Shown piece by piece: positions 52,036-61,168 of a DNA stretch of 61,407 nt (within the stretch, counting starts at the first letter, position 1; every line of letters begins with the position of its first letter). The DNA lies in the IMG/VR virus record IMGVR_UViG_3300023174_000176, positions 1-61,407 of that record. One strand, given 5' to 3'. Under the pieces are notes generated by a model, which was given only the letters and a program-made list of their open reading frames with translations, did no database searches and was not told where the DNA came from. The position numbers and the translations under genes were made by a program. Origin of the DNA: a virus (lineage: Duplodnaviria > Caudoviricetes).

Positions 52036-53007
52036 ATGTCAGTAACATTTAGTGGTGGAATAACATTTACAGGTGGTGGGTTTAGTTTTACAGCCGCACC
52101 TCCTTCATCAGCTACTGCAGGATGGTTTGGTGGCGGGTATGTATCATCTATTCCTTTCCCAAATAGACAGTTATCTACCGTTCAACGTATTACATTTGCA
52201 ACAGATACTGCAACCGCTACTATTAGAGGGCCACTAAGTGCCGGCCGACAATCAGGATCAGGTACAAGTACATTTACATATGGTTGGTTTGGTGGAGGAT
52301 ATAATGTACCTACTGCATTATCTTCTATTGACCGTATTACTTTTGCAAGTGATACTAGTACAAGTAGTACAAGGGGACCGCTAGCAATTGCAACTAATAA
52401 ACTAACTAGTACTGGTACTGATAGTTACGGTTGGTTTGTCGGTGGTTTTTTTCCGAGTGGTTTATTATCATCCAATGTACAACGGGTAGATTATGCAGCC
52501 GACACCGCCACTGCAAGTCAGCGAGGCAAGTTATATTCACCTTTTAGAAGTCAAGGGGGAGTAGGTGATACTACTTATGGCTGGTTTGTCGGAGGCACAA
52601 ATCCGGCTACTTCATACATACAAAGAATTATATATGCTACAGATACTGCAACTGGATCTTTAAGAGGTTCGTTAGATGCTAGCCGATATGCAATGGGTAC
52701 CGTTGGTACTAATACATATGGTTGGTTTGCCGGTGGGTTTCAGCCAGGGAAAGGGGGTGTATCTAGCATATCTCGTATGGAGTATGCTACTGATACTGCG
52801 ATCACTTCTAGTAGAGGGCCACTTACTGGCAGCCGCTATAATAATTCCGGGGTAGCGGATACTACATATGGTTGGTTTGGTGGAGATACAACACCAACAA
52901 CTAATATTAATCGTATTATATTTGCAACAGATACAGCTACTGCTACTAGTAGAGGGCCGTTAGCAACTGCTAGTGGTTATATGGGTTCCGTTTCAGGTAT
53001 ACAATAA
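52036..53007 (+). CDS. Six-blade Kelch-like propeller protein 5
   Basis: Six repeats; ends SGIQ. Confidence 0.75.
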   Translation: MSVTFSGGITFTGGGFSFTAAPPSSATAGWFGGGYVSSIPFPNRQLSTVQRITFATDTATATIRGPLSAGRQSGSGTSTFTYGWFGGGYNVPTALSSIDRITFASDTSTSSTRGPLAIATNKLTSTGTDSYGWFVGGFFPSGLLSSNVQRVDYAADTATASQRGKLYSPFRSQGGVGDTTYGWFVGGTNPATSYIQRIIYATDTATGSLRGSLDASRYAMGTVGTNTYGWFAGGFQPGKGGVSSISRMEYATDTAITSSRGPLTGSRYNNSGVADTTYGWFGGDTTPTTNINRIIFATDTATATSRGPLATASGYMGSVSGIQ

Positions 53008-53019
53008 AAAGGATTTATA

Positions 53020-53394
53020 ATGTCAGTAACATTTAGTGGTGGAATAACATTTACAGGTGGTGGGTTTAGTTTTACAGCCGCACCTCCACCTACTGCAACA
53101 AATGGTTGGTGGGCAGGCGGTGCGCCATCAAACTCTGCAGTATCACGTATTACTTTTGCTACTGATACAGATTCTGCTACTACTAGAGGACCATTAGCAT
53201 TTAGTCAATTTGATGGTCCTGGTTCAACTGGTAATGGTAATTATGGTTGGTTTGGTGGTGGCTACACTCCTGGACTAGGAACACTTAGTTCAGTTGACCG
53301 AGTAGATTATAGTAATGACACTATTACTGCATCTACTAGGGGTAATACCGGAAGATATGTGCAAGATTTGGGCGCTACAGCAAATATACCGTAA
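53020..53394 (+). CDS. Two-blade paralog
   Basis: First 68 nt identical to 52036; two repeats; ends ANIP. Confidence 0.7.
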   Translation: MSVTFSGGITFTGGGFSFTAAPPPTATNGWWAGGAPSNSAVSRITFATDTDSATTRGPLAFSQFDGPGSTGNGNYGWFGGGYTPGLGTLSSVDRVDYSNDTITASTRGNTGRYVQDLGATANIP

Positions 53395-53411
53395 AAAGGT
53401 ATCCAATAATA

Positions 53412-53440
53412 TTGCAACATATTTCATGTTATGCTATAAT
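53412..53440 (+). promoter_or_regulatory. Sigma70-type promoter
   Basis: TTGCAA-17 nt-TATAAT with TG extended -10. Confidence 0.75.
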
Positions 53441-53446
53441 GCATAA

Positions 53447-54043
53447 ATGATTAAGATTACAGTTCCATTACCCAAAAGTATCACAATCGCATTCAGTGGC
53501 GGTGTTGACTCTTGCGCTATCGTTGACTTTCTAAGTCGTAAACACGATGTCTCTTGTGCTTATTATCATCATGGTACTGAACATAGTAACAAAGCACTAG
53601 ATTTTGTATCTAACTTCTGTGAGGATAGAAATCTTCCATTATATTTAGGTGTACTAAATCGTGATAAACCTAAATCAATGAGCCAGGAAGAATTCTGGAG
53701 AGAAGAACGCTATAAATATTTCTCTACACTTGGTCCGGTTATTACCGCTCATCACTTGGATGACTGCGTAGAAACATATATCTGGTCAAGTCTTCATGGT
53801 ACACCCAAAGTTATTCCATTAACAAGAAACAATGTACTAAGACCATTTCTCACAACAAGAAAAGAAGATTTCATCTATTGGTGCGAAAGTCATAACATTG
53901 AATGGTGTGAGGATAAGTCTAATAAAAATAACAAATATATCCGCAATTACATTCGCAATGAACTAATGCCACACGCATTACGAGTTAACCCAGGTTTACA
54001 TAAAACGGTTAAAAAGATTGTAGAAGGTAAACAAAATACTTGA
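53447..54043 (+). CDS. tilS: tRNA(Ile)-lysidine synthase-like PP-loop ATPase (catalytic domain only)
   Basis: AFSGGVDS, R.ERY, TAHHLDD..ET, RPFL, EDKSN and RNYIRN. Confidence 0.85.
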   Translation: MIKITVPLPKSITIAFSGGVDSCAIVDFLSRKHDVSCAYYHHGTEHSNKALDFVSNFCEDRNLPLYLGVLNRDKPKSMSQEEFWREERYKYFSTLGPVITAHHLDDCVETYIWSSLHGTPKVIPLTRNNVLRPFLTTRKEDFIYWCESHNIEWCEDKSNKNNKYIRNYIRNELMPHALRVNPGLHKTVKKIVEGKQNT

Positions 54044-54068
54044 CTTCCCTGCACAATTCAAGTATACT
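54040..54068 (+). promoter_or_regulatory. Sigma70-type promoter
   Basis: TTGACT-17 nt-TATACT. Confidence 0.7.
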
Positions 54069-54091
54069 AACTAATTATTTAAGGAGAAACT

Positions 54092-54358
54092 ATGTCGGAT
54101 TATAACAGAACGTTTAATGGTGAAGCAAAAATTAAGCTTACCCAAATCGTAAATGAAGGGATGCATGTACTACATGAAATTGATACATTGAATGGTGGAT
54201 TAAATGACACTATTAAAGCGGTGGCTGATGAGCTGGAAATTAAAGCCAGTACACTAAAGAAAGCAATTAAAATTGCACACAAGGCATCATTAGGTCAGAC
54301 TAACAAGGATCACGATGAACTCAACACAATCCTAGAAACTGTAGGGAAAACCCTTTAA
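54092..54358 (+). CDS. Small helical DNA-binding protein (T4 DsbA/GapR-like)
   Basis: 88 aa; LNDTIKAVADELEIKASTLKKAIKIAHK. Confidence 0.5.
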   Translation: MSDYNRTFNGEAKIKLTQIVNEGMHVLHEIDTLNGGLNDTIKAVADELEIKASTLKKAIKIAHKASLGQTNKDHDELNTILETVGKTL

Positions 54359-54747
54359 TGTCATATGTGGATGCTATTCACAGTAGGGATGAAGACCGTA
54401 TCTATGTAGTAGAAAGAAACAAAGACGGCAAAAGAGAATATAAAGAATATCCTACAAATTACGTATTGTATTATCCTGATCCTAAAGGTAAACATCGTAG
54501 CATATATGGTGATCCAGTCAGTCGTTTTAGTACTCGCAAACGACAAGAGTTTGAAAAAGAAAGACGCATCCACTCAAATAAAAAACTATTTGAGAGTGAT
54601 GTACCAGTCGTCTTCCGTTGTCTAAGTGAAAACTATCTTGGCATTGATGCACCTAAACTTCATACATGTTTCTTTGACATTGAGGTTGATTGGAAGCCCG
54701 CAGAGGTTGATGAAAATGTTAAGGTAAGGATACGTAAAAAAGAATAA
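54358..54747 (+). CDS. DNA polymerase B, N-terminal part
   Basis: LFESDV and Exo I motif FFDIEV, then a basic tail and TAA TAA. Confidence 0.85.
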   Translation: MSYVDAIHSRDEDRIYVVERNKDGKREYKEYPTNYVLYYPDPKGKHRSIYGDPVSRFSTRKRQEFEKERRIHSNKKLFESDVPVVFRCLSENYLGIDAPKLHTCFFDIEVDWKPAEVDENVKVRIRKKE

Positions 54748-54773
54748 TTATTTATTGATATTGAGGTAGTTTG

Positions 54774-54781
54774 TATAAATA
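54774..54781 (+). promoter_or_regulatory. T4-consensus late promoter for the HNH gene
   Basis: TATAAATA. Confidence 0.65.
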
Positions 54782-54798
54782 CTAGTATAAGGATTAAT

Positions 54799-55533
54799 AT
54801 GAATTACCACTCTATTTACTACAATTTGATAAATAATGCTCTTATATTAGGTCGCACTAAAAAACCAAACGATGGATTAGACCGCCATCATATTATTCCT
54901 AAAAGCTTAGGAGGTAGTAATGATGCATCTAATTTAGTTTTGCTGACAGGCAAGGAACACTATTTGGCCCATAAATTACTTGTTAAGATGCATATTGGAA
55001 CAAATCGTAAAAAAATGATTTATGCACTTTGGTGGATGTCTAAAACCAAGATTACAGGTAATCATTCAAATAAAACAAGAATTACTTCTAGGGATTACGA
55101 ACATTCTAGAAAATTATTTATTGAAGCCAATGTAAATAATGATCCTATCCGAAAAGCAAAGTTTAAAAAAAACAGGACAGATGGTCTATACAAGTATGAT
55201 AATGCTAGTATGGGTAAATCATTAAGCCGCACTCTTGCCAAATTATCCAAAAAAGATATGAAAGAAAGAATGTTAAATTCTACTATGACTGCTGACCATG
55301 AAGCAAGAGTATTAGCAATAAGAAGGGGTAAAGCTTCAACTATTGAAGTGATAGACTTAAATGGGATAACAGAAACTATATTTTCGGATCAGGTTGTGGA
55401 TAAATTAAATCTATCGTGGCCACAGATAAAATATCGTCTAAAAGCCCATAACGGTTTACTTTTAGACGGTAGAATAGTAAAATTAATAAACAAATATACA
55501 GGTGGTAATAAGTGGAAGAAGAAGAAAAAATAA
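54799..55533 (+). CDS. HNH homing endonuclease inside the polB locus
   Basis: HHIIPKSLGGSNDASNLVLLT.KEHYLAHKLL. Confidence 0.9.
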   Translation: MNYHSIYYNLINNALILGRTKKPNDGLDRHHIIPKSLGGSNDASNLVLLTGKEHYLAHKLLVKMHIGTNRKKMIYALWWMSKTKITGNHSNKTRITSRDYEHSRKLFIEANVNNDPIRKAKFKKNRTDGLYKYDNASMGKSLSRTLAKLSKKDMKERMLNSTMTADHEARVLAIRRGKASTIEVIDLNGITETIFSDQVVDKLNLSWPQIKYRLKAHNGLLLDGRIVKLINKYTGGNKWKKKKK

Positions 55534-58022
55534 TAACAGTCAAAGATTTACGATCATTGCAGAATAAACAGAATTTTGAAGTATGGGATGATCGTTTGGG
55601 TGGATGGGTTGATATTGAACATTCTACTTATATGGTCAAGGGAAAACATGCAGGATTCAGTCCTACTAGTGATCCATTCAATCCTGTAACAGCTATCAGT
55701 TGTTACTTAGATTGGCTAGACCAATTAGTTACATTAGTGATTGCTCCGAAACATATGTCTAGTGAAACAGCCCAAGAAATCACTAATGAGTTTGAGAATA
55801 CAATGCTATTCACAAACGAAAAAGAAATGTTTGACGTTTTCTTTCAATTAATAGATGATGCTGATGTACTAACTGGCTGGAACAGTGAAGGCTATGATAT
55901 TCCCTACATGGTGAATCGTGTTACTAGAGTAATGAGTAAGGATGACACACGCAAGTTCTGCTTGATGGGTCAACTTCCTAAAGCTAGAGAATACGAGCGA
56001 TTCGGTAAAACAGAAACAACTTACGACTTAGTAGGTCGTATTCACTTAGATTATCTACAACTATATAAGAAGTATAACTATGAATCACGCCATAGTTACA
56101 AACTTGATAGTATCGGTGAGATGGAAGTCGGTGAAAACAAAACACAATATGAAGGTACTCTTGACCAACTGTATAACAAAGACTTTAAAAAGTTTATTGA
56201 ATACAATAGACAAGATACTATGTTGTTGGTTAAGATTCACAACAAACTTAAGTTTTTAGAATTAGCTAATCAACTTGCACATGAGAACACAGTACTGCTT
56301 CCAACAGTTATGGGTTCAGTGGCAATGATTGAGATGGCAATTTTTAATGAAGCACACGAACGTGGCTTAGTAGTACCAGATAAAAAACGAAAGGTTGAAA
56401 ATGATGAAGAAGTACAGCAGGCAGCAGGTGCCTTTGTTGCTACGCCGAAAAGAGGCATGCATGAATATGTCGGAGCAGTTGACATTAACTCACTCTATCC
56501 CTCGGTTATTCGTGCCCTCAACATGGCAGGTGAAACCATCGTTGCTCAAGTCAGACAAACTATCACAGACCAATATATGCACGACAAGGGATTACGATTA
56601 GCAAGTGAAAAGAAACGTCACAAAGAAGGTGATGATGCTGTTACAGGAAGTATTCTATGGGAAAATCTGTTTGGTGCATTAGAATATACTGCTATTATGA
56701 ACCAAGAACGTGGTACAATTCTTACTGTTGACTACGAAGATGGTCGTAGTGTAGAAATGTCAGCCGCAGAAATATGGAAGATGATTTTTGATAGTCATAA
56801 GCCCTGGATGTTAAGTGCTAATGGTACAATCTTTACTTATGAAAAAGAAGGTGTCGTACCCGGTCTACTAACTCGCTGGTACTCGGATCGTAAAGAGATG
56901 CAGAAAAAACTCAAAGAAGCAACTACTACAGAGGATAGAGAGTACTGGGACAAACGACAACTTGTTCGTAAGATTTTACTTAACTCAGCGTATGGTGCAT
57001 TGTTAAATGAACATTGTCGTTTCTATGACAAACGTATTGGTCAATCAGTTACATTATCTGGTCGGCAAATTGTTAAGCATATGATGAGTACTATCAATGA
57101 AACAGTTGAAGGTATCTATTCACATGAAGGCAATGCTATTGTGTATGGTGATACTGACAGTTGTTACTTCACAGCTTATCCAACATTAAAGCCACAGATT
57201 GAATCTGGTCTATTAGAGTGGAATAAAGAAACTTGTATTGGATTATATGATGGTATTGCTGACCAAGCTAATGAATCGTTCCCTGCATTTATGGAGAAAG
57301 CTTTTCATGCACCACGTAAGAATGGTGCAATCATTAAAGCAGGACGTGAATTGATTGGTGATCGTGCTATCTTTATCGTTAAGAAGCGTTATGCTATTAA
57401 TATCTTTGACAAAGAAGGTAAACGTAAAGATAAAGACGGACAACTAGGTGATATCAAAGCTATGGGTCTAGACTTGAAACGTGCTGATACTCCCAAGTAT
57501 GTACAAGAATTTTTAATGAATGTACTACAGATGGTTCTACAACAAGGTAAAGGTCGTGATGAGGTTATTGAAGCAGTCAAGGATTTTAAACGTATATTAA
57601 CAGCACAGGATAGTTGGACTAAAGGTTCACCTAAAGGTGTAAACAAACTTACATACTATGGTGACTTAGAATCTAAGAGCATTACAGGTCGTGCAAATAT
57701 GCCCGGTCACGTTAGAGCGGCATTGAATTATAATTACTTACGTAGAGTCAATAACGATAATTATAGTCAAAAGATCATTGATGGTATGAAGGTTGTAGTA
57801 TGTAAACTTAAAAGTAATCCATTAGGTTTTACAAGTGTAGCATATCCAGTAGATGAATTACGTTTACCCAAATGGTTTACAGAATTGCCATTTGATGATT
57901 CAGCAATGGAACAAACGTTAGTAGACGAAAAGATTGATAACTTATTGGGCGTATTAGATTGGGATATTCGTAGTAATACAGATACTAACAGTACATTCAA
58001 TGATTTATTCAGTTTCGGTTAA
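55512..58022 (+). CDS. DNA polymerase B, C-terminal part
   Basis: GWNSEGYD (Exo II), YNRQD (Exo III), DINSLYPS, KILLNSAYG, YGDTDS and KKRY. GTG start with GGTGG RBS. Confidence 0.95.
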   Translation: MEEEEKIITVKDLRSLQNKQNFEVWDDRLGGWVDIEHSTYMVKGKHAGFSPTSDPFNPVTAISCYLDWLDQLVTLVIAPKHMSSETAQEITNEFENTMLFTNEKEMFDVFFQLIDDADVLTGWNSEGYDIPYMVNRVTRVMSKDDTRKFCLMGQLPKAREYERFGKTETTYDLVGRIHLDYLQLYKKYNYESRHSYKLDSIGEMEVGENKTQYEGTLDQLYNKDFKKFIEYNRQDTMLLVKIHNKLKFLELANQLAHENTVLLPTVMGSVAMIEMAIFNEAHERGLVVPDKKRKVENDEEVQQAAGAFVATPKRGMHEYVGAVDINSLYPSVIRALNMAGETIVAQVRQTITDQYMHDKGLRLASEKKRHKEGDDAVTGSILWENLFGALEYTAIMNQERGTILTVDYEDGRSVEMSAAEIWKMIFDSHKPWMLSANGTIFTYEKEGVVPGLLTRWYSDRKEMQKKLKEATTTEDREYWDKRQLVRKILLNSAYGALLNEHCRFYDKRIGQSVTLSGRQIVKHMMSTINETVEGIYSHEGNAIVYGDTDSCYFTAYPTLKPQIESGLLEWNKETCIGLYDGIADQANESFPAFMEKAFHAPRKNGAIIKAGRELIGDRAIFIVKKRYAINIFDKEGKRKDKDGQLGDIKAMGLDLKRADTPKYVQEFLMNVLQMVLQQGKGRDEVIEAVKDFKRILTAQDSWTKGSPKGVNKLTYYGDLESKSITGRANMPGHVRAALNYNYLRRVNNDNYSQKIIDGMKVVVCKLKSNPLGFTSVAYPVDELRLPKWFTELPFDDSAMEQTLVDEKIDNLLGVLDWDIRSNTDTNSTFNDLFSFG

Positions 58023-58029
58023 ATTGGTG

Positions 58030-58058
58030 TTGCAATTCGTAATATATTCCATTATAAT
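58030..58058 (+). promoter_or_regulatory. Sigma70-type promoter
   Basis: TTGCAA-17 nt-TATAAT. Confidence 0.7.
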
Positions 58059-58099
58059 ACGTATTACAACTACCTAAATAGTTAAAACAAAGGAAAAAC

Positions 58100-58831
58100 A
58101 TGAAAGATAATTTACAAGATTTAATTCAACACACACATGGCTTAGGCTGTATTGATTTGATTAAAGTCAGTGGGACTGACACAGAGACAACTGTAAACGC
58201 AGTAGCAGAAGATAAAAGTGTTATCGTTAGCGGTGTTCTTAAACATCCTAGCGTAGAGTTTATTGGAACTTTTGGTATGCCTAACTTAGGTAAACTTAAA
58301 ACAATTCTAAGCTTTGATGACTATGATGAACATGCTAAAATCAATGTTACACGTGTTAACAAAGATGGTGTAAGTGTACCAGAATATATTCACTTTGAAA
58401 CAAAAGCAGGTGATTTCGTTAACGATTATCGTTTGATGAGTAAAGCTATTGCTGATGAGAAAGTTAAGAATGTAATGTTTAAAGGTACTACATGGAATGT
58501 AGAGTTTGAACCTTCTATTGCTGGCATTCAACGACTAAAACGTCAAGCAAGTGCTAATAGTGAAGAAAAGAACTTTACTACTAAAACAGAAAATGGTAAC
58601 CTAATGGTTTACTTTGGTGACCCATCAACACACAGTGGTAACTTTGTGTTTCATCCCGGTGTTACTGGTTCATTGAATAAAGCATGGATGTGGCCCGTTA
58701 AAGAATTCTTAAGCATTATGGATCTTCCTGGTGATAAGATTATTCGTATTAGTGATGCTGGTGCTACAGAGATTGTAGTTGACAGTGGTCTTGCAGTATA
58801 TCGTTACTTACTTCCAGCACAAGCAAAATGA
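58100..58831 (+). CDS. Putative sliding clamp (gp45/PCNA-like)
   Basis: 243 aa, directly after polB; FG..NL..L and terminal YRYLLPA. Confidence 0.55.
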   Translation: MKDNLQDLIQHTHGLGCIDLIKVSGTDTETTVNAVAEDKSVIVSGVLKHPSVEFIGTFGMPNLGKLKTILSFDDYDEHAKINVTRVNKDGVSVPEYIHFETKAGDFVNDYRLMSKAIADEKVKNVMFKGTTWNVEFEPSIAGIQRLKRQASANSEEKNFTTKTENGNLMVYFGDPSTHSGNFVFHPGVTGSLNKAWMWPVKEFLSIMDLPGDKIIRISDAGATEIVVDSGLAVYRYLLPAQAK

Positions 58832-59190
58832 TAGACCATGTATACGGGGGTGAGTTTCTAGCTGTTACTAGTAGTAAGGGTTCAACTCCTTTTATTAACA
58901 ATAGTAACCCTATTACAGGTACGGTAGCATACGACTCTAATAGTCAGACGTTGAAAGTCTATGATGGACATAGCTTTCTAACATTAGGTGGCGGAGTTGC
59001 TAACATTCATTTGACACAAAATGCTATCAGTATCTTAAAGTGGGCTGAACAAAAAATGCTAGAAGAAGCCGAGCGCAACAAATTAGCAGAAACAACCCCC
59101 GCTATTAAAGACTTGATGGACCAGATCAAAGAAAAAGAGGAACAAGTTCGTATTGTTCAAACATTGTTAAAAGAAGAAATAAAAGTTTAA
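58828..59190 (+). CDS. Hypothetical protein
   Basis: 120 aa, ATGA-coupled; C-terminal coiled coil. Confidence 0.6.
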   Translation: MIDHVYGGEFLAVTSSKGSTPFINNSNPITGTVAYDSNSQTLKVYDGHSFLTLGGGVANIHLTQNAISILKWAEQKMLEEAERNKLAETTPAIKDLMDQIKEKEEQVRIVQTLLKEEIKV

Positions 59191-60740
59191 TGGAACAAGA
59201 TAATCTATCAGCAAAACAAAACCCTGAATGGGCATTGTTCTTACCTGCAGTCAGTAGTTTCTATATCTCTGGCTTAGGTAAACAACGTAAAGGTGAAGAG
59301 TACTTTGATAAGGCACGAATCCCTGCACAATTCAATGGTGATGTAGAGAAACTAAACTTCTTAAATAGTAATGAAGGTCTTTATTATTATAAATGGGGTT
59401 TGTATAGTGCTGGTCATGCTAACTTAGATACAACTGTAAACGATCCTAGTGAAAGTATCATTAGAGAACGTGAAGCTGGAACATTTATGTTGGGTGATTC
59501 TGGTGGATTTCAGATTCTTAAAGGTCAATGGCCAGCTGATTGGAAAGATCCTAATTGCCCTAAAGCTATGATTAAGCGTAAAGCAGTATTGAATTGGATG
59601 GATACTTATATGGACTATGGTATGGTCCTTGATATTCCTTCACAATCCTTAACTACCTTTCATATGAAAGATAAGAATGGTAATAGTCTTCATGGTATCA
59701 GCACTATTCAGGAAGCAATTACTGCTACTCATATTAATAACGAATACTTCATTAACAATCGTTCGGGTAAATGTAAGTTCCTAAATGTATTACAAGGTCG
59801 TACACATACACAGTCAGATGATTGGTATGCTGAAATGAAGAAATATTGTGACCCAAATATCTATCCAGATACTCATTTTAATGGTTGGGCATTTGGTGGT
59901 CAGAACAAGATTGATGTACATTTGATGCTAACTAGAATGGTTGATATTATCCATGATGGTTTGTTGCAAGAAGGTAAACATGATTTGATTCACTGTTTGG
60001 GTACTAGCATCTTAGAGTATGCTGTATTGTTTACTGATATTCAGAAAGCTATTCGTAAGTATCATAACCCAAAACTTCAGATTACATTTGATTGTGCAAG
60101 CCCATTCTATAGTGCGGCTAAGGGTTTAGCATATTTCAATACTAATATTGAGCATAATAAAAAATGGTCATACAGTATGGAAAAGACTGCCGAAAAGAAA
60201 GAATATGCAAGTGATACTAGAAAATATCGTGATGCTGTATTAGCTGAAGGTATCCATAAAGTCTTTACAGATAGTCCAGTTACTGATAAACTAGTGCTTA
60301 AGGACATGTGTTATAGGGGACATGGTTTCTTGGGACAGCATAACAAAGAAACTAAAACTAGTTGGGATACATTGAGTTATACATTAATTCAAAGTCACAA
60401 TGTTTGGATGCATATGAATGCTGTACAAGAGGCTAATCGTCAATATGAACAAGGTGTTGTTCCTAAGATGTTAATGAATGAACAGTTTGAACGTGTATTG
60501 TTCAAAGATGTTATTGATGAAATCTTTAGTAAGAAAACTAAACAGGAATCTATTGATTTGATTAATCAAAACAGTAGATTGTGGATGCAATTTCAATCAG
60601 GTAGTCAGGGTATTAGTGGTAAACGAACTGTTAATGCATTGAGTAAGTTTGAAGAATTATTTGAAGTTCAGAATGAACCAGAGTTTGAAGAAGTAATAGA
60701 GGATAGCGATGATGCTATGAATGAAATACTAGGAGAGTAA
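59190..60740 (+). CDS. TGT/DpdA-like guanine transglycosylase
   Basis: LGDSGGFQ, VLDIP, NVLQG, GWAFGG, HCLG and TFDCAS follow the TGT barrel motif order. Confidence 0.7.
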   Translation: MEQDNLSAKQNPEWALFLPAVSSFYISGLGKQRKGEEYFDKARIPAQFNGDVEKLNFLNSNEGLYYYKWGLYSAGHANLDTTVNDPSESIIREREAGTFMLGDSGGFQILKGQWPADWKDPNCPKAMIKRKAVLNWMDTYMDYGMVLDIPSQSLTTFHMKDKNGNSLHGISTIQEAITATHINNEYFINNRSGKCKFLNVLQGRTHTQSDDWYAEMKKYCDPNIYPDTHFNGWAFGGQNKIDVHLMLTRMVDIIHDGLLQEGKHDLIHCLGTSILEYAVLFTDIQKAIRKYHNPKLQITFDCASPFYSAAKGLAYFNTNIEHNKKWSYSMEKTAEKKEYASDTRKYRDAVLAEGIHKVFTDSPVTDKLVLKDMCYRGHGFLGQHNKETKTSWDTLSYTLIQSHNVWMHMNAVQEANRQYEQGVVPKMLMNEQFERVLFKDVIDEIFSKKTKQESIDLINQNSRLWMQFQSGSQGISGKRTVNALSKFEELFEVQNEPEFEEVIEDSDDAMNEILGE

Positions 60741-60741
60741 T

Positions 60742-60954
60742 ATGCCATATAAAAATCGTATTAAAATTTTAGAAGAATCACATAGATTAGTTGAGAATCA
60801 ACTTTTTCAATTAGAGAAATCTGGTAGTACTGATGTTGAAAAAATTAAAAACTTAAAAGAAGTTAAGGATAAGTATTTTAATGAATTGCGTGTATTGAAT
60901 AGAGCGCAATGGGATCATGACCATGAAAGGGTAGATTTAGATGATGACCGTTAA
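60742..60954 (+). CDS. Small coiled-coil protein
   Basis: 70 aa, GGAG RBS. Confidence 0.55.
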   Translation: MPYKNRIKILEESHRLVENQLFQLEKSGSTDVEKIKNLKEVKDKYFNELRVLNRAQWDHDHERVDLDDDR

Positions 60955-61168
60955 TCCATCACTTACAATGAAATCAACACTATCGTCTGACACAGAAGAA
61001 TCTACTATTTCATTTAAAGGTGGTTCCGATGAAATGTTACGTATAGCAAAAGATGGGTTTTACGTACGTGGTAAAAGGGTAAATCAGGATGACAAAGAAG
61101 CTGAATTAGTGTATAATACATTTCATCAGTGGTTAACATGGGCAACACTTAATAGGGATTATAAATGA
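60941..61168 (+). CDS. Hypothetical protein
   Basis: 75 aa, overlapping both neighbours. Confidence 0.5.
   Translation: MMTVNPSLTMKSTLSSDTEESTISFKGGSDEMLRIAKDGFYVRGKRVNQDDKEAELVYNTFHQWLTWATLNRDYK

Noticed and set aside
42229-53394. Diversity-generating retroelement acting on the propellers
   Set aside because: No reverse transcriptase in the window and no template/variable repeat pair with adenine-specific mismatches was seen.
38914-53394. CRISPR array
   Set aside because: The repeats are in-frame, degenerate protein repeats, not identical repeats with unique spacers.
54690-55655. Canonical group I intron or splicing split intein in polB
   Set aside because: Almost no non-coding room and no recognisable intron core; no Cys/Ser1 or His-Asn junction residues. 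Not excluded without RT-PCR.
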